A stretch of 14,466 nt of DNA, taken from contig JANLPS010000329.1 in assembly GCA_031367385.1 (NCBI GenBank), positions 1 to 14,466 of the forward strand, written 5' to 3'. The notes below the pieces were generated by a model that was given only the letters and a program-made list of their open reading frames with translations, was not told the origin of the DNA and searched no databases. A program made the translations under genes and the position numbers. This stretch comes from Archangium sp. (GTDB lineage: Bacteria > Myxococcota > Myxococcia > Myxococcales > Myxococcaceae). Numbering within the stretch: position 1 is the first letter of the stretch; each line of letters starts with the position of its first letter. Below, one piece after another: positions 7,233 through 14,300 of this stretch.

Positions 7233-7817
7233 ATGAAAACAACGACGACGGTGTGGGTGATGGTCTGCGTGCTGACAGCTTGTCAGCACCTCGGGGTCGC
7301 AGCCGATGCGAGCGAAGCGCCTTTCGAGCCGACCGGGGCAGTGCAGTATTTGGCCCGAGGCGCTTCGTTCAGCTCGACCCGGGTGGTTGGGCCAAACGTG
7401 AACCTGACCAAGCGGAGCGACGGCAGCTGGGGCGGGCGGCTGTTGGACCAGCCGGTCGACGTGAATGAGTACGAGCACCGCATTGGGGGCGTCGACTTCA
7501 CGCTGCAAGTCGAGGCGACCCCCTCTGGCCAGCTCGTGACCGGCCAATTTCAGGGTGAATCGCTGCGCTTCGAAATCGACAAGGCGATGATTCGCGTGCG
7601 GGCGGGCAGGGAGTCGTTCACCCTCGGCGCCCACGGCGTCGGCCACTACGGGTCTGCGGGGGAGTTCGAGCTCAGCGGCGACGCCGCTCGCCCGATGCCG
7701 CCCTTTCCACAGCTGGCGTTTGCGATGATCGGAGCCTTCGCGCGATCGCGAACCGGCACGCCGATGGGCCAGGTGAAGGGGTACGAGGTCAACCAACTCG
7801 GCAAGCCGGTGAAGTGA
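7233..7817 (+). CDS. Putative lipoprotein (194 aa), beta-strand rich, unknown function
   Basis: Signal peptide II with lipobox, MKTTTTVWVMVCVLTA-C; fills the gap between neighbours; plausible codon usage. Confidence 0.75.
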   Translation: MKTTTTVWVMVCVLTACQHLGVAADASEAPFEPTGAVQYLARGASFSSTRVVGPNVNLTKRSDGSWGGRLLDQPVDVNEYEHRIGGVDFTLQVEATPSGQLVTGQFQGESLRFEIDKAMIRVRAGRESFTLGAHGVGHYGSAGEFELSGDAARPMPPFPQLAFAMIGAFARSRTGTPMGQVKGYEVNQLGKPVK

Positions 7818-7824
7818 GGCTGCC

Positions 7825-8523
7825 ATGTTCGAACACGCCGCTCCGACCCGGTCGTCATACGTTTGGTGGACGGTGGTGGCCATCGCTGCGCATGGCTTCG
7901 CCGTCATGGTCGCGCTCGGGGCGACGGGTCGAGCCGCTCGAGTCGTCTCGACGCCTGCCGATGCCCCCGTCGTCATGTTCTTCAAAGCCCGCGTGCCGGC
8001 TCGGCCACGACTCGAGCCCGTCGGTGGCCACGCCGCCGGGGTGGCTGCGGCCAGAGCCCGCCGGGCTCCACCTCGCGTTGTGCCTGTGGTGGCAGCCCCG
8101 ACCACGATCGAGGTCGTGTTTCATGACGACGCACAAGCCGCCGAACGAATCGACGATGTTCGGTCTGACTCTGATGGTCCGGGCGAGGGGAGCGGGTCCG
8201 GCTCCGGCTCCGGGGTGGGCGTGGGCGGGTCTGGGGCTGCTGCGGCGCCATCAGCGGCACGTCGTGCCTGGTTCGTGACCAACGACTGGGTCTGCGATCG
8301 GCCAGATCATGAAGACGACGCGGGTCGGGTGGTGGTGCGAATTCGGGTGACTGTCTCGGAGGCTGGCACCGCGAGCGACGTGGAGATCGTCACTCCCGGC
8401 CCCCCGGTCTTCAATGCGCGCGCGCAGTCATGCGCCAGCCGTGCCCAATACCTCTCGGCGCTCGATGACGCCGGCAGACCGATCGTCGGCGTGGCCGAGT
8501 TCTCGATTCAATTTCTCAAGTGA
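7825..8523 (+). CDS. TonB-like energy-transducer protein, copy 2 (paralogue of 2101-2877)
   Basis: GAGG RBS 5 nt upstream; TM with His (WWTVVAIAAHGFAVMVALG), GSGSGSG linker, C-terminal ARRAWFVTNDWVCDRPD...GRVVVRIRVTV...FNARAQSCA...YLSALDDAGRPIVGVAEFSIQFL, clearly similar to copy 1. Confidence 0.75.
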   Translation: MFEHAAPTRSSYVWWTVVAIAAHGFAVMVALGATGRAARVVSTPADAPVVMFFKARVPARPRLEPVGGHAAGVAAARARRAPPRVVPVVAAPTTIEVVFHDDAQAAERIDDVRSDSDGPGEGSGSGSGSGVGVGGSGAAAAPSAARRAWFVTNDWVCDRPDHEDDAGRVVVRIRVTVSEAGTASDVEIVTPGPPVFNARAQSCASRAQYLSALDDAGRPIVGVAEFSIQFLK

Positions 8524-8528
8524 GGGGC

Positions 8529-8798
8529 TCAGAGCCCGCCGTCGCTGGTACCCGCGTCGGGCCGGCTTGCGTGACAGCTCGACATTTGGTCGCACCCGGA
8601 GCGGATGCAAACCCACCCTTTCATGTACTCGTTGCAGTCCGTGTCTGTGGAGCAGCTCACTTTGCACGTGCCCGACTGAGCCAGCGTGAGCGACGAGCAT
8701 GTGCCATCGGCCGCTTTCGAAAATTGGAAAACGCACGTTTTCCCCGCCAATGGGGTGCAGTCGTTGGATGGGTGGAATGGCCCCAGGAAATGCCGCAC
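8529..8798 (-). pseudogene. Cys-rich protein fragment (myxobacterial disulfide-repeat type), probably N-terminally truncated
   Basis: Frame reads ...SNDCTPLAGKTCVF...GTCSS...GTCKVSCSTDTDCNEYMKGWVCIRSGCDQMSSCHASRPDAGTSDGGL* with 9 Cys in about 89 codons. No signal peptide or clear RBS. The upstream part of the 146-aa ORF-track call is an off-frame overlap with the YbjQ-like gene. The start (GTG 8798) is a guess. Confidence 0.5.
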
Positions 8799-8817
8799 GT
8801 CGGTGAATGTGTTCAAA

Positions 8818-9627
8818 CTATCGATCGAGCGAGACCACCAGCTTCGGTTTCGGCAGTACCTGGGCCCGCCGCGGGTCGGTGGCCGCCAACGGAGCGATTG
8901 CCGTACCCAACGCAGTGAACTCGACGATCGGCGGCCCCGATGACGACGCTTCGCCGTAGGTCGACTCACTCACCGTCATGCCGACGATGCCGCTCGGCGC
9001 GTCGCGGCTGCCCCGGGGAAAAGCCTTGAACAGGTCGTCTTGCAGGCGCTCCATCGCGAGCTCGCGGGCGTCGAAGAAGGCCTGGGTGAACACCGGCATC
9101 TCTTCGTCTTGGCCGCGGTGCTTGCGCAGCTCGCGGGGGTCGAGACCGTAGACGCAGTTGCCCATCGCCACCGTGAGCGGCCGGTAGCCCGCGGTGAGCA
9201 GCGTCACGAAATCGGTGGTGCTCAGGTCGCTGTCGAAGGGCGCTCCGCTCGCGAGCTTGAGGCTGGGGGCATGCTCAAGCGCCAGCGGAGCGTTCTGCGC
9301 GTCGTGCGCCACCGCGGTGCCAAATGCGACGCACTTGGCCACCTGCCGGGCCCCGCGCCAGAGGTGGTGCTCGACCTCGAGCCTCACGTCGACCACACCC
9401 TCAGCGCCCAGCGCCGCGGCCTGTTTTCGCATTCGGGCAATCGCCAACTGCCGGGCCTCTCGCAGCGAATGGCTCAGCGAGGTGATCTCGCCGGTCTGCA
9501 CCTTCCAATCATATTGGGTGCCCGCAGAGTACACGCACGAGCCAACGACCAGACCCCGGGGCACGAACCCGATTCGCGTCAGCGCCACGAACTCGGTCAC
9601 CGACAATTCACTGAGCGCCGGAGTCAT
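8818..9627 (-). CDS. YbjQ-like (putative heavy-metal-binding domain, UPF0145-related) protein with two tandem domains, paralogue 4
   Basis: LSELSVTEF...GFVPRGLVVGSCVY...EARQLAIARMRKQAAALGAEGVVDVRL...AFGTAV, then a second unit FDSDLSTTDF...GYRPLTVAMGNCVY...DARELAMERL...GIVGM...EFTALGTAI. ATGA overlap with the upstream gene. Confidence 0.85.
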   Translation of the reverse strand: MTPALSELSVTEFVALTRIGFVPRGLVVGSCVYSAGTQYDWKVQTGEITSLSHSLREARQLAIARMRKQAAALGAEGVVDVRLEVEHHLWRGARQVAKCVAFGTAVAHDAQNAPLALEHAPSLKLASGAPFDSDLSTTDFVTLLTAGYRPLTVAMGNCVYGLDPRELRKHRGQDEEMPVFTQAFFDARELAMERLQDDLFKAFPRGSRDAPSGIVGMTVSESTYGEASSSGPPIVEFTALGTAIAPLAATDPRRAQVLPKPKLVVSLDR

Positions 9628-10709
9628 TCTTCACCGCCTTCTTTGACCACCGCCGCAGCTTCGTTGACCGAGAACACCAACGTCGGCTTGCCCGTCTCAT
9701 CGGGGGCACCAGTCGGTATCACCGCGGTGCCGATCACGAACAGCTCGAGCACTTCACCGGTTTGCAAGGCAGCGTTTCCCACGTTCCACGGCGTGCTGCT
9801 CCAGGAGTGCTCTTTCTCCGCCACCGTCACGCCGACGATGCCAGTCGCTCCGAGGGCTTCGGCTTCGTCTTGCAGCCGCTCGATGGCCAGCTCGCGCGCG
9901 TCGTAGAGCGCGTGCGTGTATTCGGGCAATTCACGGCTGTCGGTCGCCTTGGCCTGCAGCAGATTGGGCGGCACGTAATACACGCAGTTGCCCATCACGA
10001 ACCCCACCGGCCGATACCCGGAGCGGATCAGCAGCCAGAAGTCTTGACCGGAGAGATCAGACTGAAACGGCTTGCCGTGCTTGTTGCGATACTCACCACC
10101 CGTGCGGTGCTTGACCGCGGTGCCAATGGCGATGAACTCGGCGGTGTTGGTACCCAGCGAATAGCCGGCCTGTCGCTGCGGCTGCGCCCAGGTCGGCTGC
10201 GGCACCTGCGACCACCCCATCGCGCCGCACCACTTGGCCCACTGCGCGAGGGCGATGGGCCGCCATTGTTGAAACCACCCGGTCTGCAGCGCGGTCGAGG
10301 GCCGTCGAAAGCCGAGCTTCTTCGCCCAGCTGTTCCACTCCCGAAATTGCTGCCACTCGAGGCGCTGCGGGTTGAGCGAGAGCTCGACGGTGAGGCGCAC
10401 GCCGACAATGCCATCGGCGCCGAGGGCCTGGGCCTCTTCTTCCATGCGGTTCATCGCCAATTCGCGCGCGTGGTAGAGCGCCTTACTCATCTCGGTCAGC
10501 TCGCAGCCGGGCTCACCTGATTTGAGCTTCGGCAGGTTGGGCAGCACCTGATAAATCGAGGTGCCCATCACCATGCCCAACGGCTCGAAGCCCGCTTCGC
10601 GCACCAGCACGAACTCGCTCACCGAGAGATCACTGGTGAACAGCTTGTGCGCACGCATGTCGGCGAGGCGTTCGCGCGCGTGCTGCGGCAGGTCGGTCGT
10701 CTGGCTCAT
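9624..10709 (-). CDS. YbjQ-like double-domain protein with a Trp-rich insertion, paralogue 3
   Basis: FTSDLSVSEF...GFEPLGMVMGTSIY...ARELAMNRMEEEAQALGADGIVGVRL...EFIAIGTAV; second unit FQSDLSGQDFW...GYRPVGFVMGNCVY...ARELAIERLQDEAEALGATGIVGV...FVIGTAV. ATGA overlaps at both ends. Confidence 0.88.
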   Translation of the reverse strand: MSQTTDLPQHARERLADMRAHKLFTSDLSVSEFVLVREAGFEPLGMVMGTSIYQVLPNLPKLKSGEPGCELTEMSKALYHARELAMNRMEEEAQALGADGIVGVRLTVELSLNPQRLEWQQFREWNSWAKKLGFRRPSTALQTGWFQQWRPIALAQWAKWCGAMGWSQVPQPTWAQPQRQAGYSLGTNTAEFIAIGTAVKHRTGGEYRNKHGKPFQSDLSGQDFWLLIRSGYRPVGFVMGNCVYYVPPNLLQAKATDSRELPEYTHALYDARELAIERLQDEAEALGATGIVGVTVAEKEHSWSSTPWNVGNAALQTGEVLELFVIGTAVIPTGAPDETGKPTLVFSVNEAAAVVKEGGEE

Positions 10710-11707
10710 TCGCCGGCACTTTCATCGCGTTCGAGGGCGGCTTCTTCGGCTTCTTCGGCGGCGAGCTCGATGTCGCGGGCGTCATCTTCGCCGTCGATCT
10801 TCGCGTCGTTTCGTCGGCCCAGCGGCATCATCGACAAGATCAACGGAGGCGGGTTGTGCGTCTTGGCCCGCTCTCCCGGTATTCGGCGCACGCCGGTGCC
10901 GAACCAGCTGACGTCGACGTCGAGGTCATCGAGCTCGCAGCCTCCGAAGCCGCAAGGCACTTCGCGCACCTTGATGGTGATGTCGCTGCCGATCACGAAC
11001 TCAGCGTGGTGGGCCTTGGCTTGCGCGAGCAATTTCTCAGAGGCGATTTTGCGCGCGTTCTCGACCGCGTCACTGGCCTGGGTCAGCTCGGTGCTGCCTG
11101 AGCTGACGCCGCGGGTGACGTGCCAGACGTGGTAGCGGCAGAACTCGAAGAGAAAACCGCACGGCTCGAAGCCGTCTTGCTCGAGCACCCAGAGGTCTTG
11201 CCCCGACAGGTCGGTGATGACCGGCTCGTTGTCTTCGTGAGTCAGCCACGGAGCCCGAATCGCCGTGCCCACCACGGTGAACTCGAGCACTTCGCCGCCG
11301 TCGTCGCCGCCCTTGCCGCGGGCGCCCATGGTGATCATTCGCTCTCGCAGGTGCACGCCGACCACCGCGTCGGCATTGACCAACCGCGCTTCTTGCGTGA
11401 GCCGCTTGAGCGCTGCCTTGCGCGAGGCCCGGTGCGCGTCGCTGATCACCGTAATCTCAGACGATTTGCCCTTGTAGTCGGGTATCTGGCCGACGTGAAA
11501 AATGCTGCTGCCCATCACCTGCGAGATGGGCTCGCTGCGCGCCTGCTTGGTGAGCAGAAATTCGCTGACCGAGAGGTCGCTGGTGAAGAGCTTGGCGTGC
11601 GCTCCGGCTTCTTCGGCGAGCCGCTCTTCTGCGCGGAGCGGAATGCCACCTTGCCGTACCCGCGCGACGCTTTTTTTCAGGTCAATCGGAGGCCTGGTGG
11701 GGCTCAT
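10706..11707 (-). CDS. YbjQ-like double-domain protein with an acidic C-terminal tail, paralogue 2
   Basis: ATG 11707 (TGATG overlap with the upstream stop); FTSDLSVSEF...QVMGSSIFHVG...ALKRLTQEARLVNADAVVGVHL...EFTVVGTAI; second unit ITDLSGQDLW...GFEPCGF...ENARKIASEKL...WFGTGV. Confidence 0.85.
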   Translation of the reverse strand: MSPTRPPIDLKKSVARVRQGGIPLRAEERLAEEAGAHAKLFTSDLSVSEFLLTKQARSEPISQVMGSSIFHVGQIPDYKGKSSEITVISDAHRASRKAALKRLTQEARLVNADAVVGVHLRERMITMGARGKGGDDGGEVLEFTVVGTAIRAPWLTHEDNEPVITDLSGQDLWVLEQDGFEPCGFLFEFCRYHVWHVTRGVSSGSTELTQASDAVENARKIASEKLLAQAKAHHAEFVIGSDITIKVREVPCGFGGCELDDLDVDVSWFGTGVRRIPGERAKTHNPPPLILSMMPLGRRNDAKIDGEDDARDIELAAEEAEEAALERDESAGE

Positions 11708-12531
11708 CAATCACCCACCGTCAGCACCAGCGACGGCTTGGGGATGTGGTGATCATCTCGAATCGCCACCACCGCCGTGCCCACCGCGCTGAACTCGAGC
11801 ACGTTGGGGCCCCAGGTGTGGTTGTTCTCGTCGATGAGCACCCCGACGATGCCGCCGGCGTTGAGGGCCTCGGCTTCGACCTGCATCCGCTCCATCGCGA
11901 GCTCGCGCGCGTCGTAGAGCGCCTGGGTCGGGCCTTCGAGCTCGACGTTCTTGTTGCCGACCTGGCCGTTCGAGGCCACGGCGTAGACGCAGTTGCCCAT
12001 CACGAAGCCGACCGGCCGATACCCGGCGTTGAGCAACGTCCAGAAGTCTTGGCCTGACAGGTCGCTGGTGAACGGGCGGCCGTCGGTGGTGCGGTAGTTG
12101 ATGGCGGTGCTCTCGCTCTTCACCGCAGTGCCGATGGCGACGAACTCGATCACGTTCGAGCCCCACTGATGCACGGTCAGGGTCAGCCGCACCGCGACGA
12201 TGCCGTCGGCGCCGAGGGCGTTGGCCTCTTCTTCCATTCGCACCATCGCCAGCTCGCGGGCGCTGTACATGGCCTGGGTGAGCATCGTGAGCTCTTCGCT
12301 GACGCCGGCGCGAATGGGCTGCAGGCCGATGCTGTAAATGCTGCTGCCCATCACCAGGCCCAGCGGCTGAAACCCGGCCTCTTTGACCAGCAGAAATTCA
12401 TTCACCGAGAGGTCGCTGGTGAAGAAGTGGTGCTGGCGCATGCCCTCGAGGCGCTCTCGCGCGTGCTGCGGCAAGTCATCGAGCTGCGGCCGTTGATGCG
12501 CTACCTGCGGTTGATTCTCGGCGACCATCAT
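11707..12531 (-). CDS. YbjQ-like double-domain protein, paralogue 1
   Basis: GGGAGG RBS at 12535-12540; start ATG 12531 (TGATG-coupled) or 12528. FTSDLSVNEF...GFQPLGLVMGSSIY...ARELAMVRMEEEANALGADGIVAVRL...EFVAIGTAV; second unit FTSDLSGQDFW...GYRPVGFVMGNCVY...EFSAVGTAV. Confidence 0.9.
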   Translation of the reverse strand: MMVAENQPQVAHQRPQLDDLPQHARERLEGMRQHHFFTSDLSVNEFLLVKEAGFQPLGLVMGSSIYSIGLQPIRAGVSEELTMLTQAMYSARELAMVRMEEEANALGADGIVAVRLTLTVHQWGSNVIEFVAIGTAVKSESTAINYRTTDGRPFTSDLSGQDFWTLLNAGYRPVGFVMGNCVYAVASNGQVGNKNVELEGPTQALYDARELAMERMQVEAEALNAGGIVGVLIDENNHTWGPNVLEFSAVGTAVVAIRDDHHIPKPSLVLTVGD

Positions 12532-12735
12532 CACCCTCCCTTGAGCTGCGAGACGACCTGCGCGACGCGCGCGTTTTCATTGGCGTGGCCAGCCAGGGCC
12601 CGGGTCAGCAGGTCGACCCAGCGATCGAGCGGGTGCGCGACCGTCTTGAGCGCGATGCCTCGAACCAGCTTCTTGTGCTGCGCGACCACGCCGGTCGGGC
12701 CGCGCTTGGCGACGAAGAGGTCGGGGTCTAAGTTA
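12531..12735 (-). pseudogene. 3' half of a small hypothetical gene interrupted by the IS
   Basis: Reads NLDPDLFVAKRGPTGVVAQHKKLVRGIALKTVAHPLDRWVDLLTRALAGHANENARVAQVVSQLKGG* (TGA 12531-12533); joins in frame to the 14294-14466 fragment when the IS and one target copy are removed. Confidence 0.88.
12729..12735. repeat. Target-site duplication TAAGTTA (left copy)
   Basis: Identical to 14294-14300; directly abuts the inverted repeat. Confidence 0.9.
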
Positions 12736-12751
12736 CAGGTTGTCCGGAAAT
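12736..12751. repeat. IS terminal inverted repeat (downstream of the transposase)
   Basis: CAGGTTGTCCGGAAAT is the reverse complement of 14278-14293. Confidence 0.93.
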
Positions 12752-12823
12752 CGCGGTTGAAAGACGGCCGATACGGGAGCGGAGCGGGTGAGATCGACGC
12801 CGGGTTCGCGTTATTGGTGAGGT

Positions 12824-14206
12824 TCAGCAGCCCGCGAGGGCGATTTCGCGGCGCTCAGCGAGCTTGGTGACCAGCTTGTTGACGTTCATGCCCAGCGCGG
12901 CGCGCTGACCGCACACGCCCATCATTCGCTCTGAGCGAGCGCGAGGTCGATTGAAGCCGTACTTTGCGCATTTGAGCGTGCCGATGCTGCCCTCTACTTT
13001 TACTCGCTCTGAAACGAGACGAGCCTTGGTGGCCTCGTCGACCTCCCAGGCACCGCGCCCTCGGGGGGCCAGGCCCACATGCTTGACTCCCAACTCCTGA
13101 AGGGTGGCGACGTTCTTGGCGCTGTGGCCAGCGCGGTCGTACGCGTAGGCCTTCGGCGCGGCACCAAAGATGCGCTGGCATTCTTCGACTGACTTCACGA
13201 CGTACCGACTGTCGGCAATCTGCTTCTTGTTCTCGCCGACGTGCGCGAGCACGAAGCCGCCCTTGAGCCGCGTGATGCCCCAGGCGAGCCCGAATTCGAG
13301 CGGCTTGCCCACCTTGCCGCGCACCACGGCGTAGAGCTTGTCCATGCCGAGGTTGATGATTTTGTTCGCCGCGACAAACCCTGTGCGGTGCCAATAGCGA
13401 ATCTGCGGCAGCAGGCGTTTCATCACATCGTTGAAGTGGCGCAGCCGCTCGAGCGCCACCTTCCGGTGGCCCGTCAATCTCGAGCTCGAGTCGCGAAGCG
13501 CGTCGCCGAGTTGTTTCTGCACCTTCGCGATGCAGGCCATCATGTGGGCGACACCGCGTCGCCGCACCGAAGGCGTTTTGCCGAAGAGGCGAAAGTGTCG
13601 AAGGGTCTTGCGTGCCTTCTGAAACGTCTCCTCGGCTTGCTTGGCGAACAGCTTGAGGCGAGCACCAGCCTTCGAGCTCGCCGCCGCAACCGTCGTCATG
13701 AAGGCGGCCATCAGCCTCATCTCGTTCGGGTAGGGGACGGCCGCCTCTTGCGCCGTCGTGTCCCCTACCACCACCTGGGAGGAAGCCAGTTTCTCCTTCA
13801 CCGCAACCTTGACGAAGTACTCGTTCAGTCGCCTCACGCCGTCTTCGCCAAGCAGCTTCTCGAAGTCGTGCAACGTGTTGTGGTCCGGGCTCCAGTCGGT
13901 CTCGGTCAGCCCGCACAAGTACCGAGCCGGCGCGTAGTGCCGAATCAAATCCTCCGCCTCTCGCAGTGGCATGTCCCGCGTCGCCTTCAACATCAGCGCC
14001 CCCACCAGCGCGCGAAGGTGCGGTGGTCGGCCCGCGCTGCTCTTCAGCTTCTCGGCTCGAATTTCTTCCACCAATGCCAGCAGCTCGTCCCAATCGACTT
14101 CGTTTGTCAGCACCACCAGACGGTGGTTCGGCTCGATGACTACCGTCGGGCGCGTTGAACGTGGGAAAAGCTCGCTCTGCCGGCTGCCGCCTCGTCGCTT
14201 CTGCAT
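12824..14206 (-). CDS. DDE transposase (460 aa)
   Basis: N-terminal HRLVVLTNEVDW...AGRPP...PDHNTLHDF (DUF772-like); VGDTTAQEAAVPYP (first Asp), RGKVGKPLEFG, AYDRAG (second Asp), RVKVEGSIGTLK...YGFNR (Glu). Open frame between the inverted repeats. Confidence 0.93.
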   Translation of the reverse strand: MQKRRGGSRQSELFPRSTRPTVVIEPNHRLVVLTNEVDWDELLALVEEIRAEKLKSSAGRPPHLRALVGALMLKATRDMPLREAEDLIRHYAPARYLCGLTETDWSPDHNTLHDFEKLLGEDGVRRLNEYFVKVAVKEKLASSQVVVGDTTAQEAAVPYPNEMRLMAAFMTTVAAASSKAGARLKLFAKQAEETFQKARKTLRHFRLFGKTPSVRRRGVAHMMACIAKVQKQLGDALRDSSSRLTGHRKVALERLRHFNDVMKRLLPQIRYWHRTGFVAANKIINLGMDKLYAVVRGKVGKPLEFGLAWGITRLKGGFVLAHVGENKKQIADSRYVVKSVEECQRIFGAAPKAYAYDRAGHSAKNVATLQELGVKHVGLAPRGRGAWEVDEATKARLVSERVKVEGSIGTLKCAKYGFNRPRARSERMMGVCGQRAALGMNVNKLVTKLAERREIALAGC

Positions 14207-14277
14207 GCGTGACCTCCAGGGTTGTCACGCACCTCGAGAGATCATTTCTCGCCTAAATTGTCACCAGAACTCGGCGT

Positions 14278-14293
14278 ATTTCCGGACAACCTG
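14278..14293. repeat. IS terminal inverted repeat (upstream of the transposase)
   Basis: ATTTCCGGACAACCTG is the reverse complement of 12736-12751. Confidence 0.93.
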
Positions 14294-14300
14294 TAAGTTA
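14294..14300. repeat. Target-site duplication TAAGTTA (right copy)
   Basis: Identical to 12729-12735. Confidence 0.9.

Larger units (their letters stand above)
12736..14293 (-). mobile_element. Insertion sequence, 1558 bp, DDE type (IS5-like or ISNCY-like; family not certain)
   Basis: Perfect 16-bp terminal inverted repeats CAGGTTGTCCGGAAAT (12736-12751) and ATTTCCGGACAACCTG (14278-14293), 7-bp direct repeats, single transposase ORF, and an interrupted host gene. Confidence 0.95.

Noticed and set aside
3056..8105. Long minus-strand ORFs 3056-4069, 4729-5574, 5715-6587 and 7119-8105
   Set aside because: Antisense shadows of well-supported plus-strand genes.
8525..8537. Inverted repeat GGGCTC-A-GAGCCC at the convergence of the two gene blocks
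   Set aside because: Short stem, tiny loop and no U-tract on either strand; too weak to call a terminator.
8799..8969. Arg-rich N-terminal part of the 146-aa ORF 8529-8969
   Set aside because: Off-frame overlap with the 3' end of the YbjQ-like gene 8818-9627; composition typical of a shadow frame.
12855..14228. 457-aa ORF overlapping the transposase on the same strand in another frame, and antisense ORF 13241-14158
   Set aside because: Arg/Gly/Ala-rich with no motifs; the transposase is complete in its own frame, so no frameshift is needed. Long stop-free alternative frames are common at this GC content, although conservation in related IS copies was not checked.
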